From Podospora anserina (Eukaryota): a DNA stretch of 64,000 bases. Below, piece by piece: positions 13,026 through 25,295 of this stretch; position 1 is the stretch's first letter, and the number at the start of each line of letters is the position of its first letter. Under the pieces are notes generated by a model that was given only the letters and a program-made list of their open reading frames with translations, did not search any database and was not told the origin of the DNA. The translations under genes were made by a program, and so were the position numbers. Where the stretch lies: the NCBI GenBank assembly GCA_017654855.1, contig CM030334.1, forward strand, positions 3,162,001-3,226,000, given 5' to 3'.

Positions 13026-15210
13026 GTAGAGGTGGGTGGAATTCGAAATTGGGAATCAGGAAGCGCGCGTCGCCCGGTGGGTGGGTTTAGAAGTTGGCAG
13101 CAAACACCCCAGTGGCCCGAAAGGGGACTATGACGTTATGCTGCTGGTCAAGGCGGCGGCGACATGCGAGACGACGCGAACCCTTGCGAGACGCCCTGAC
13201 TGCCGGGACTGACAGATTGATGACCTCTCCGATACAGATTACACTACGTATCTTACCGATAACTACACTTGCCCGTTGGATACGGACTGAGTGGCTCTGG
13301 CTTTTCTCTCAACAACTGATGCCTTTTCACAAGATATGGAGGCAGTGTGTGGGAGCATTGGGTCGTGTTGCACATCACATTTATTAAAGCTGGCCGGTGG
13401 GTAACAGGGCCCTCGTAGGGAGGATGGCGCTTCGTGCCTTGCTTTCACTTGCTCGGTGCCACTGCCCATGTCGCTTCCTCGGCCAGGTGTCCGCTGCCGC
13501 CGTGGTTATGTATATGGGGGTCCTCTTCCCCCCCCCCCCCAACCCCTCTCTCCCCTCCCATCCGATGGACGGGATGCCATATTGACTCGATCAGGGTCCA
13601 ATAATGCATTGACAAGACGTGGCTGACGGGTCCTATACAATGAGCTGGCCAGACTACTGGGACCAATCTGACAAAGTGAGGCCATTTCGGACTTCCACGG
13701 GCCTCCAGAGGCTGCAAGAAATACGCGCGCTCGGGGATGCGATTGGACAGGTGTCGAGGTTGATGATGTCGCTTCCAGTGGAATTTGGCATTTCAGCTGG
13801 CATTTTCTGGGGAAACTAGGACGAACGCAGCAGCAGGCATAGCACAACAGCACAACAGCGCACAGCAAAGGGTACAGCACACATTACTCCGTACACCACA
13901 GCAAACGGCACAAGTCACTCTTACAGGAAGGAAGGAAGGCTTCTGCAGAATGCAGCTCCGTCCCGTCGGCGACCATGGCTTGCTCCCCGATCCTACGCAG
14001 TACAAAGTACGCAGTTACGCACCCCACCTCGCATGCCCCCTCCCTCAATCTCACCACTACGTACCAACCTCCCACCGCCTCGAGTCGATATCCCGGAGCT
14101 TCCATATTGGGCCGACTCCCCGGCTCTTACAAGCTTTAAAAAGGTACAAAAGATCGACTGAACTATGCAAGGAATTATCGAACCAAATCGTGATTGCAAT
14201 CGTCGATGGTGCTTGATAAGTGGCCGCACGGACGGTTATGACCGAGTGACCCAAAACCCAAAATCCCCCGGTCCCGTACCTTCTCCAAGATGGGAAATTT
14301 TCTTTTGGGCTGATTTTTTGATCCCGCTGATGACCCATGGAAGATATCCATATCGGATCCCCCAGTGGAACATTACGTCAACGGCGCCAGGGATAACCGA
14401 TGAGAGGGCGGGGCAACCATGCGCTGCAAGGGCGCGGCCGGCCTGATTCGTCGGTTTGGGTACAAGCCTCACACCATGCTGAGACACGTCTTTCGCACAG
14501 GCCTGCAGTTGTGCCTGACCACCTCTCACTTTTTTATATTTCAGAAAACCTCGCTGCCTCGTTCGCAGGAAAATCGGCAGCCCGGCAGCCTCAGCGGGCG
14601 TTTGAACCGGGAGATTGCTTGGCCATCTCCCGATCGATTGGAACCACCGATCTGATGACCGACGTCGGGGAATGCTTACATAGTGACGGGTGGTGGTGTG
14701 AGGTGGTGGTGGTGAAGAATTTTGCAATATATCAACACAGCCTCACGTGGACGGGACCATGATCCGACAATTCGTCATCATCATATCCATGCCGAACCAC
14801 GGAGACCTGCGTCGAAGACCTCTAATGAACCAGCATGTCTCGTACCGGTGAGGTTGTGATTAAAAAAGTGTCTCATTCAAAATAAAAACTAGGAAAATCC
14901 ATCGGTCATTTTCCTGGCCGGTGGGGGCCAAGACCCGTTGGTGCTGCGCTGCACTATCTACCGTCCGGATCTGAGCCGGATAATTCTAACGGAGCCGGAG
15001 GTGTGGGTCGCCATTCTGGCAGCGCCCGCAGCCGATAGGCCCCACTATTTTCGGAACCATATTTTACGTTTCCATTGGTCACGTCATTTTCATGCTGCCC
15101 CACTGAATCTGCGAGGCTGCTGCGGGTTCCTGAACTTCTCAAGTAACCTTCGACAGCCTCGCCGTCCCATCTCCAACTGCTCAACATACAAACTTATCAC
15201 GAACCCCACG

Positions 15211-16790
15211 ATGGCCGACTCCGACGACGAATATGTCGGGGACCTCTCTGGTGACGATGCCGGAGTCGACAGCGTCTACGGTACACGATCGAAAGATGGC
15301 GGAAAAGGAAAAGGTGGCCAGAAGGGCAAGGGAACCCGCAAAGCAGCCTGGGAAGAAGTCCACCGAGCCTGGGACGAGGTTGCCATTGCCGAAGATGGCA
15401 GCATCACAGTGGCCGAGTTGATCGAGGCCGAGAAACGCCGGCGGTTGATGCGGGATACCACACCGATCCAGCGTGGAATAATACGGCACATGGTGTTGGT
15501 GTTGGACATGAGCATCGCGATGGCAGAGAAGGACCTGCTTCCGAACCGCTTCGCCCTCACCTTCTCCTACGCTATGGAATTTGTGAACACATTCTTTCAG
15601 CAGAATCCAATCAGTCAGCTGGGGATCATCGGGATGCGCGATGGTATTGCCGTCAGGATCAGCGACATGAGTGGGAACCCAGTCGAGCACATTGAGAAGC
15701 TGAGGCAGTGGGCGCTTAAGGACCCTATTGGGAACCCAAGTCTTCAAAATGCCCTCGAAATGTGTCGAGGTCACTTATAGTAAACTGCCCCCCCCCCACC
15801 TCTTTGTCTGGTTTATGACAACCACAGCTGACCATTCATTCCCTTCCTCATAGCCACACCCCCTCCCACGGCACCCGCGAAGTCCTCATCATCTACGGCG
15901 CCCTCCTCTCCTCGGACCCAGGCGACATCTCCGACACCATCACCTCCCTCATCGCCGACCGCATCCGCGTCTCCATCATCGGCCTCGCCGCCCAGGTAGC
16001 CATCTGCGCCGAGCTCTGCGCCCGCACAAACGACAACGACGACTCCCAATACCGCATCGCCCTCCACGAGCAGCACTTTCGCGAGCTCTTCCTCGCCGCC
16101 ACGACACCCCCCGTCACCCACGAGGCAGAGCAATCAAACGCCTCCCTCCTCATGATGGGCTTCCCCTCCCGCTCCCTCGCATCAAAAGATTTTGTCTCCC
16201 TCTGCGCCTGCCACAACAAACCAACAAGAGAAGGGTACACCTGCACGAGGTGTAGAATCAAAGTCTGCCGGTTACCCGCGTCTTGTCCCGTTTGCGGGCT
16301 GACGCTGATATTGTCGATTCACCTGGCGAGATCGTATCACCACCTTTTTCCCCTCAAATCATGGGTGGCGGTTCCGTGGACAGAAGCAAAGAAGTCGGTG
16401 GCGTGTTTTTCCTGCCAGACGCCCTTCCCGCCTGTCCCGAAGGCTGCGCCGCCAAAGATCAAGTTGAAGGTGAAGGAGTCTTCCGGTGTTGGGGGGCAGA
16501 CAGCAGCCAATATCGCCAAGGCAAAAGGCAGAGGGGAGGTGCCTGCAAAGACGAATACTGTAACGGCACCGACGCCAGGGTTGTTGCCAGAGGCGATCAA
16601 GGCCGGGGTGAGCGAGAGCGGGAGGTATAAATGTCCAGAGTGTGAGGAGCATTTTTGCATTGATTGCGATATTTATGCCCACGAGACGATTCATAATTGT
16701 CCGGGGTGTTTGGCGAGGCTGGTGAAGAGTCAGCAGCAACAACAGGAGGAAGTAGTAGGGGCAGGGGAGGCGATGGAGGTGGATTCATGA
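15211..16790 (+). CDS. SSL1: TFIIH subunit Ssl1/p44 (vWA domain, C4 zinc finger, C1-like finger)
   Basis: Motifs RGIIRHMVLVLDMS, FFQQNPISQLGII, PSLQNALEM, CPVCGLTLILSIHLARSYHHLFPL, FCIDCD..HETIHNCPGC. Exons 15211-15779 and 15854-16790 (intron GTAAAC..TAG restores LYHTPSHGTREV). Confidence 0.95.
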
Positions 16791-17193
16791 TTATTAACAG
16801 GACATTGAACTGAGAGCGTCAAACGGGCATAAATGGTAATTAGCGATTTGTTTATATTGGTTTTTGAAACGGCGTATCTGGTGGTTATTGGAAACAGGAC
16901 AACAAAGCTATGGGGTCGGGTTAGCGAGTGAAGATGGGAGTTTGGAGACTCATGCAGGGATCAAAAGCAGAGATACTAATCATCATGAACTGAAGTGAGA
17001 ATGATGGGTATCTGATGCTCATGTGGTCATCAACAGGGTGATATATAACTCGCAGATATGTAACTTCTTCAACCATCCAGCCGACCGTAACTCCAACGCC
17101 ATTCATCCATGCAAGGCGTTTTGCGCGCGTGCATATCAAGGCCAAAAATCAACCCTACCCAGAAAACGCCATTCTACAAGAGTCTGCCCCCGT

Positions 17194-17895
17194 TCAAGCA
17201 GCAACCGCCTCCCTCCTCTCAGCAACCGGTTTCTTGACCCCCTCCTGCCTCTGCTCTCCAGCAGGCAACTCCGTCCCCGGCACATCAGGCAACCCCCCCT
17301 CCACCACCACCCTACTAGGAGTCTCCTCCTCCTTCTTCTTTGGTTCTCCCAACTCCCTCTCCAACGCAGCCAACTCCTCCTCCACCTCCTCCTCATCCTG
17401 GACACTGATCCTGCCCCCCAACATCTCGCTCACCTCCCTCTGGTACTCGACCTCCTCCGCCGTCTCCCCCATCAGTTTTTCCACCTTGTCGATCCCGCCC
17501 ATCTCGGCGTGGATTTCTTTGAGGACTTTTGTCCCCTGCTGCAGCCCAAAGACGACGTCTTTTTGGATGAGTGCGAATTCTACAGAAGATACCAATTTTT
17601 CTAGTTGCTCGAGTTGCTGGTCGGTTTTGGCGAGGAGGGATTCTTGGTATTTCTTTCGGCGGAGGGCGAGGAGGGCGCGGGGACGGTTGTTTTGGGCGAG
17701 GAGGGCGCGGGCGATTTCGGTTTCCCGGGAGGTGAGAAGGGTTATGCGGCGTTGGTATTGGTGGAGGCGGTCGCGTTGGAGTTTGAGGTCGTAGATTGCT
17801 CTGTGGGGGAGGGTTAGCGAGTAGATGCGGGAGTGGGAGGGGGTGGAGGGGACGTACTGGTCTTGGGCTGTTATCTTGCTCGAGTTGCCGCCCAT
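17194..17895 (-). CDS. VPS20: ESCRT-III subunit Vps20/CHMP6 (Snf7 family)
   Basis: MGGNSSKITAQD myristoylation-type N-terminus, LKLQRDRLHQYQ, SVEFALIQKDVVFGL. Intron 17857-17801 (GTACGT..CAG). Confidence 0.93.
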   Translation of the reverse strand: MGGNSSKITAQDQYVPSTPSHSRIYSLTLPHRAIYDLKLQRDRLHQYQRRITLLTSRETEIARALLAQNNRPRALLALRRKKYQESLLAKTDQQLEQLEKLVSSVEFALIQKDVVFGLQQGTKVLKEIHAEMGGIDKVEKLMGETAEEVEYQREVSEMLGGRISVQDEEEVEEELAALERELGEPKKKEEETPSRVVVEGGLPDVPGTELPAGEQRQEGVKKPVAERREAVAA

Positions 17896-18566
17896 TGTGT
17901 CTACTATGGAGGTGTGTGAGGGGGTTAGAAGAGGCTATAGTGATGGCGGCAATTATAGGCGGAAAAGGGCTGCCCAGCAGCGATTGAAACTATCGAAGTG
18001 TGTTGTGCTCAAGAATCAAGAATGCGATACTAAACAACGAATGCGGTTGCTTGGTTGCGTGCGCTCTGAAGGTAAGACGTCACTGGCGATTGCTTATCGG
18101 CGGCGATCAAGTCTGGGGTACAGAGGAGTCGGCTCTTGGCAGCGAGATGGCAGCTCGTGGAGGTAGGGATCGAGGTGTTTGAGACTACACTAACGTCTTG
18201 TCGCTATGTGTCAAAACTAGAAAGCGAGTTCAACAGCTTGTTTACAATAAACTAATGCCAAACATAGACGCGATGAGGTAAAGCTCAAATGTACATGGTG
18301 ACTTTGCAGAGGAGGGAAGGCTTATCGATAACGTCGTCAACCCGTGTGGCTCAGGTGGGTCGCATGAGGGGCTACGTAATCTCGCTGGCCACCCCCCCAG
18401 AGCTCACATGCGACAGCATTCCAAGGGGCCAACTCCCCTGATTCTGGCAATTACAAGAAATTGGGCAGAAATAACTTCCTTGTTCCTCGTCAAGTCTCAG
18501 CAAGAACCGAAGTTTTGAAGGACGCTTCTCGTCTCGAGATACACCCACTCGCTCACAACCGGAACC

Positions 18567-20109
18567 ATGTCTGCTCCAACCGACGCTGTAAGTGATACGC
18601 CGCATTCTCCCAGGGACGGGAGCTCAAAAACGTCCATATCCATGAAACACTTACCCCGGGTGGCTTCATACCTCCTTCTTTCCTCGTCTCTCCAAAAGCT
18701 TCTTCTAACTATCTACCCGTTCAAGAACAAGGTCCCGCCACAACCGGAATCGCCCACCACCGCAAGACCCCTCGAGATGGACGACGACGATATTCAAGAG
18801 GCCGGCATCATCAACAACGACGACAACACCACCACCACCACCACCAGAAATGTCACCACCACTTCAGCCTCAGCAACCTCCCCCGTCGGCGAGGTCCCTC
18901 CCCCGCAGCCACCCCGGCCCGCCGTGAACGAGACGCAGCAGAACCAGCAGATGCTCAAGGAGGCCTTCCCCACCATCGACATGGCCGTCATCAAGGCGGT
19001 CCTAACAGCCAGCCGAGGGCAGATCGAGCCGGCGTTTAATGCACTCCTCGAAATGACGGACCCTGACGCCGTTGCCCAGAACGAGCAACCCCCTCCCCAG
19101 CCCCCGAGGCCCGTCGCTGCCGCTCACGGACCTACCACCACGGCCCAGGAACAGCTCGAGGCAGATGAGAGATATGCCCGGCAGCTGGCGGAGCACTTTG
19201 AGAATGTCGGTGCCTACGAGGCCAGGACGGCGAACAGAGGGGGTGAGAGAGGTGGCCACCCCGGTCGGGGTGGGGGTCCGGTGCCCCGCGGAAGGCAGCA
19301 GACTGGTCTGCGCCCAAGCCAGGATGAGCGGGAGCATAGTTTTCTTGATGACGATCTTCCCGTCATCAAGGAGCAGTTGAAGAAGGGGTTTTTGGAGACG
19401 CAGACCAAGGTCAACACGTGGTTTACGGACTTCAAGAAGAAGATTGATGAGCATTTTGATGAGCAGGAGGAGGAGCGCCGGCGGGCGGAGGGGAGCGCTG
19501 GCAGCAGCAGCAATCCGCTTGCCGGGGGGAGGCCCACTAGGGATCAGAACCAGACGCGGAGGAGTGCGGATTATGATCGGTATGATGCTGATCCGGAGCT
19601 GTTGAGTGATGATTTTGCGGGGATGAAGTTTCACAGCGACGGCAGTAAGTTTATTCTACGGGATTAATCGTGGTCTTGCAATGAGGACACTGACGCATGC
19701 TACAGCCCCTGTTCAGAACCAGAGACAGTTTGGCAGCAACGCCAATGTGTTCAGACCACCCCCGCCTTCCAAGTCGCCCCGGTCTCATGAGGGCAGGAAA
19801 GTGGCGTTTAGTGACAAGGTGGAGGACATTGACGCTTACAATGCCTCCCCCAAGGTGAAGGCCCAGGATGCGGCGGCGGCACCGGGTGGGAGCAAGCCGA
19901 GCAAGTGGCAGCCTCTCTCTGCTGTTGAGCCTAACCCGATTGCGGACAATGACCCCTTTAGTCTGGGGGATAGCGACGACGAGAGAGAGGTCAAGGACAA
20001 GAAGGAGATTAAGCTGGAGGACAGTGAAAGGCTGAGGCAGGCGACGGCTGATGCCATGGCTGACAGTCTGGTGGATGATAAGACCAAGGCTGGGAGCGGG
20101 AGCAAATAG
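18567..20109 (+). CDS. CUE5: CUE-domain ubiquitin-binding protein (Cue5-like)
   Basis: CUE motif LKEAFPTIDMAVIKAVL...AFNALLEM, plus QLEADERYARQL and KGFLETQTKVNTW. Introns 18588-18725 and 19645-19705. Confidence 0.85.
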
Positions 20110-21499
20110 GTGTACGGAGTAGGGATGATTAGGTAGTTTGGAGCTGGGAAGCTGGGAAGTTGGAAAGTTTAATTTTCATGTCATTCTAAGTCTTGGCTAC
20201 AACAGCTCACCGTGTCAACATTGTTCTCTGTACTGAATGTATGGTATGGTAATTCAATACCTGCCAAAACGCTTCAACAAGCATTGCCCCTCGTTTTGAC
20301 ATGCCCCTCACCTGCAGGTTTGCCCCCGCACTCGACTGGAGCTGTTTCCACGCGAGCTTTCCCTTGCCCATTTTTTGTTGCATCAGCCTTGCAACGACAA
20401 CCGGATGCAAGCACATGGCGAGATGGAAGCTTCTCATTGGTTCGTGCTGGAGGTTCATTGAACATGAAGAGTTACCTTGGAGTGGTGACCACGCACGCGA
20501 GAGGATTTTTTTTTTCTTCAGAGAATCGGAGAGATCATATGACAAGAGATGTGGAAGGCCAGTTTGGGAATGCCGTTGATGTCTCGGACATCTCGTATCA
20601 GACGGAGCTCCAGGTTCATCTTCCGATGGCAGCTATGACAGCTCAGCTCTGCAGCTCAGCTTTGCAGCTCAGTATCTTCTCTCTGAATATATGTATGTAG
20701 GTAGCTAGTTTATCTATATGGTCTTATTAGTCAAAACATTGTCTTCAGGGTCCCTGACTCGTGGGAGACAGTAGGAGAGGGTTTTGTGTACCTTTATGCA
20801 ACTGTCTGACGACCCAAGCCAACACGAAGACATTTGCCCGGGACCCTGGGAATGGGAATGAGGGGAGAGGATAAACCTTTGATCTGGTACTCGTTAGTAG
20901 ACGATACGGAGGATTCCGCCTGTGGTTGTGGTTGTTGTTGTTGTTGTTGTTGGACGATACCCGATCTGCCGGGGCGTGAAAGAGACGTGCTAGGCGGATC
21001 TTGGCACCCCGATTCCAGCGCCCCCGAAACCCCCTGTGACCGAGATCCGGCACGCCCACGCCCCCCCCTAATAACCGATTGACGGCCCGCCCGTTCTTAA
21101 CTACAACTACACTTTGTCTTTCTTCCTCCCACTTCAACCTGCTGTGGTACCTAGTAACCAGCAGCCAAAACCCAAACTTGGCAAAACTTTATCTTCGTCA
21201 CAGGGGCCATAAACCGGTATTTTGGACTCAGCGAGACGAGACAGCAAAAAACTTGCAGAAAAGGGAAAGTGTCTTTATATCAGACTGGTCCATCCCACCA
21301 CAACTACAGGGAGCCCAGCCAGTCCGCCGCCCAACGTCTTTCTCAGCTGCTATTACTACCTAGGTAGGTTATCAAAAACGACACCACCACACACACCCCC
21401 GGCCCACCATCCACCCCTTGTCCTCACCAACACCGGATCTTATTCCCCATATCGTTGCTTAGACGAGCAACAACTCCTCACTTTTGTTTTTTCTGAGAT

Positions 21500-21509
21500 C
21501 ACGTGCGGG
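21500..21509 (+). promoter_or_regulatory. Candidate Pho4/NUC-1 E-box CACGTGCGGG upstream of PHO81/nuc-2
   Basis: CACGTG at 21500-21505, ~200 bp before the ATG, with a G/C-rich 3' flank. The hexamer also occurs elsewhere in the window, so specificity is limited. Confidence 0.4.
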
Positions 21510-21702
21510 TTGGGTTTTGTCTCTATAAGAAAGTTTCCCCGGAGTTCTTATTTTTTGGGGCATTGCAAAAAAGACTGAGACGGGAAGTCTGTTGGGTTGG
21601 TTGGGGTCACACATACACACACCACACTCACCACCACCGTCCACCTTGATTGTCACAAAGAGGTTTTTCAAAAGCCTCAAGTCAGAAACAACAACGAACA
21701 AG

Positions 21703-24700
21703 ATGAAATTCGGGAAACAGATTCAAAAACGGCAGCTCGAGGTGCCCGAATATGCCGCCAGTTTTACGAATTACAAGGCACTCAAGAAGGTATTCCTCAC
21801 TCGGTCTTACTGTTGAGATTTGGACATGACTGACGTGAGTTATAGCTCATCAAAAAACTCTCGGCAACACCAGTCCTCCAGTCTCAGAATGGCGCCACCG
21901 GCGTTCAGGCAACCGGCTTTTGTGCTGCCACACCGGGCAGCATCAGCGGCGGGCTGGAGCACCTCGACTCGCAAGCCGCCCTCCAAGCCAACAAGGCCAC
22001 ATTCTTTTTTCAACTGGTAAAGCTCACCACCCTTTTCCCTACATATTGCCCCCGCCCTCCAGAAGCTGAGTCCGAGTCTAGGAAAGAGAACTAGAAAAAG
22101 TCAACGCCTTCTACCTCCAAAAAGAAGCCGAGCTCAAGATCCGGCTCAAGACGCTCCTCGACAAGAAAAAGGTTCTCCAGTCCCGCCATCAGCAGGGCGG
22201 GGGGAACAACCTGTCCCGGCGCTCGGCAAAGTTCACCACCCTGCAGGAAGGTTTTCAACAATTCGCCAACGACCTCAACAAGCTCCAGCAGTTTGTCGAG
22301 ATCAACGGGACAGCCTTTTCCAAGATTCTGAAGAAGTGGGACAAGACGAGCAAGTCCAAGACCAAGGAGCTGTATCTGAGCCGGGCGGTGGAGGTGCAGC
22401 CTTTTTTCAACGCGACGGTGATCAGTGAGCTGAGTGATCAGGCCACGACGAGCCTGCAGGAGCTGGGGGCGTGGGCGGATGGGGAGAATTTGAGCTTTCA
22501 GGAGACGGGGACGACCGCAGGGCATATTGTCAGTAGTCAGCATCTGCTTGGGACGGACGAGGGGGATGCGGACACGCTGCTGCTTGATACGGTGCTGAGT
22601 GGGAATTTGGAGGGGTTGAGGGATTTGCTCGGGCGGATGAGGGCTGCTGGTGGGGACGAGAGACAGCAGCAGCAGCAGAACATGGTCATGATGGAGCGGG
22701 TGACTAGGACTTTTCTCGCGAGCATCAATGAGGGTCCGTTGGAGGCGCTGCATGTGCTGTTGGAGACGGGGTTGGTGGATATTCAGAGCGAGGATGATAT
22801 CAACGAGAGGAATTGTCTGCATCAGGCGGCGATATATGGGAACGGGTTTGTGCTGGAGTATGGGCTTGCTAAGGGGGTGGCGGTGGACCGGACGGATGTT
22901 TATGGGCGGGTGCCGTTGCATTATGCGAGCATTCATGGGAGGCTGGATATGCTGGACAAGTTGCTCGCGGGGGCGCCAGAGACGATCAACTTGATTGATC
23001 ATGACAACTATACGCCGCTGATTCACGCGATCGTGCATGGGCATCTGGAGTGTGTGGGGAGGCTGTTGGAGAGGGAGGCGAGGTTGGATCCGGTGTCGGA
23101 CACGGATCATGTGCCGTTGAATCTGGCTTGTGAGCATGGGTCCTTGGCTGTTGCCGAGCTGTTGCTGAAGCACGGGGCGAGGATATTGGCTGATGCCGAG
23201 GGGCTTTACCCTCAGCATTTGGTGGCTAGGTCGGGCCAGACGCCCGAGTTGTTGCTGCTGCTCCAGAACTACGGGGCGGATTTGGACCAGATTGACAAGC
23301 TGTATGGCTGGACACCGTTGGTACACGCGGCGAGCGAAGGGAACGTTCCTTGTCTTCAGGCACTGCTGAATGTGGGCGCCGACCCAAACATTCTGGACGA
23401 AAAGGACCTTCCGGCAATGTACTATGCAGCCTGGGAGGGTCATCTGGAGTGCATGAAGCTCCTCACGCCGCTCAGCAAAGACAAGACGTCCAGCCCACTG
23501 GCACGGCAAGTAGCGGCCCCCTTGGCCCCCATGGCCAGCAGCAGCGCCCCCATCCCCATGTCTCTCGACGTGGACGCCATCCCGGTCCTCGAGCTCCCAC
23601 CGCCAATCATCCCACTACGCCGCTACGGCCACAACTTCCTCGACAACAAAACCGTCGTCCAAATCAACTTTGACGGCGACCAGCCCCTCGTCTTCTTCCA
23701 CGACAGCAAATACCCCGCCGCCCGCCTCACCATCTCCTCCAAGGTTTCGGATGTCATCCCCAAGAACATCATGCTCCCCTTCCAAGAAGACACCCGGCTC
23801 GTCTCTTTTCAGATTGACAACCTCGACTCTTTCACCCTAGACTTTGACGTCTTCCCGGCCTACGGCGCAAAGGTCATCGCCAAAACCGTCGCCCTCCCCA
23901 ACACATTCCGCGCCTTGCTAAACTCCAACTCGGGCAGCTGCTGCCTCCCTCTCTTCGACCCCCGCCTCCGCGCGATCGGGCAAATCAGCTTCCACGCCCA
24001 GGTCATCAAGCCCTTCCAAGGAAAACCCCTCGAGATAACCGACTTTGAGACCTACTGGAAGGCAACCTCCCAATTCGACACCCCCTCCATGCCCGCCACC
24101 ACCCCGGCCATGCCCAACACCACCTTTGTCACCGGGTCCTCTCTAACCGGCGACTTTGTCCGGATTTATGTCCAGCACACCTCAGATGGCATCCCGGTCC
24201 TCTGGCCCCAATGGACGGTCCCTTGCACTGCGGGGATTGACATCCCCGTGTCGAGGTTAACACTCTCCCAGTTCGGGACTGTAACCGGCCCTTCTCTTGC
24301 CGCCGCACTACCAGACGACATCCCCTCTGTCCACAAAATCCTCGCCTCGGCAGGGGGAACAACACTTCACGAGGCGTTGTCTCTCTTGCCGAAAGGAATG
24401 CACGTCAACATCCAGGTTTTATACCCCACACCAGCTGAGCGGGAGAGGATGCTCCCCCTCACCGGCGCCGGCCACGGCCTCAGTGCTGATCTGAACGCTT
24501 TTGTTGATGCGATCTTGACAGTAGTGTTTGACCACGCACGTGCGCAGAGGAGTGGCCCGGGGAGGGGGGGGAGGAACGTGGTGTTTAGCAGTTACAATGC
24601 TAGCGTTTGCACGGCGCTGAACTGGAAGCAGCCGAACTTTCCGGTGTTTTTGTGTAACGATTTGGGGAAGGGGGGGGATGGGGAGGAGGGACAGGGGGTT

Positions 24701-25051
24701 AGTGTCAAGGATGCGGTGAGGACGGCGCAGAGTAACAACTTGATGGGGTTGGTCTGTTGTGAGAGGTTGTTGGTATGTATCCCCCGCCCCAAGATGATGA
24801 TGATGAAAGATGTTGACGGTTGGTGATAGGACATGGTGCCTGCGCTCGTGGATGCGGTTAAAAGTCATGGGCTGGCGTTGGTGGTGGATAAATCTGCTGC
24901 TGCTGCGAGTGATAGCACCACACCCCCTACAGCAACGGGAGGGGATATCTTTGGTGTTGTTGCCGATCCGTTTCCGAGGTTGCCAAAGGGGGTGGATGGG
25001 GTGTTGAAACGGGATGGGATCTTGAAGTTTTGTGAGTCGATTGATGTTTGA
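21703..25051 (+). CDS. nuc-2: SPX-ankyrin-GDPD CDK inhibitor Pho81/NUC-2
   Basis: SPX MKFGKQI...YKALKKLIK...ILKKWDK, ankyrin repeats (YGRVPLHYA, YTPLIHA, YGWTPLVHAA), PPIIPLRRYGHNFLD, GDPD-like C-terminus (LNWKQPNFPVF). Exons 21703-21789, 21846-22016, 22082-24772, 24830-25051. Confidence 0.94.
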
Positions 25052-25295
25052 TTTTGAGGTCGTCGTTTTCACACTCTCGTTGGTAACGAATGTTCTTTTG
25101 GAGGTATTATTATGCAAGATGTAGAAGGGCTATATTTTCCATTGTAGATATAACTTGCGGTTGTAATTACATCCTACTCAAACTTCTTGGATCGAATCTG
25201 GGCTTCACTTTTGACGCCACTCGGCTGTTCAGCTCGCGGCAAATCAATTACTTTGCAATATTCACAAAATCACACACCCGTGTATTTCAGCCCCC

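Noticed and set aside
12771-14900. Multiple short ORFs between the kinase and SSL1
   Set aside because: Intergenic/promoter sequence with microsatellites and no coherent gene model.
14938-15210. 91-codon non-AUG upstream extension of SSL1
   Set aside because: Not protein-like; ATG 15211 (MADSD) fits the expected start.
15778-15783. Apparent premature TAG TAA in SSL1 (candidate editing site or pseudogene)
   Set aside because: The G begins a normal GTAAAC..TAG intron whose removal restores the conserved frame.
16950-17040. Two TGATGA boxes on the minus strand between SSL1 and VPS20 (C/D snoRNA?)
   Set aside because: No properly placed CTGA D box, terminal stem or identifiable rRNA guide.
22091-23509. 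472-aa antisense ORF, and similar ones at 39887-41146, 45104-46156 and 51417-52631
   Set aside because: Shadow ORFs opposite well-supported genes, caused by codon bias.
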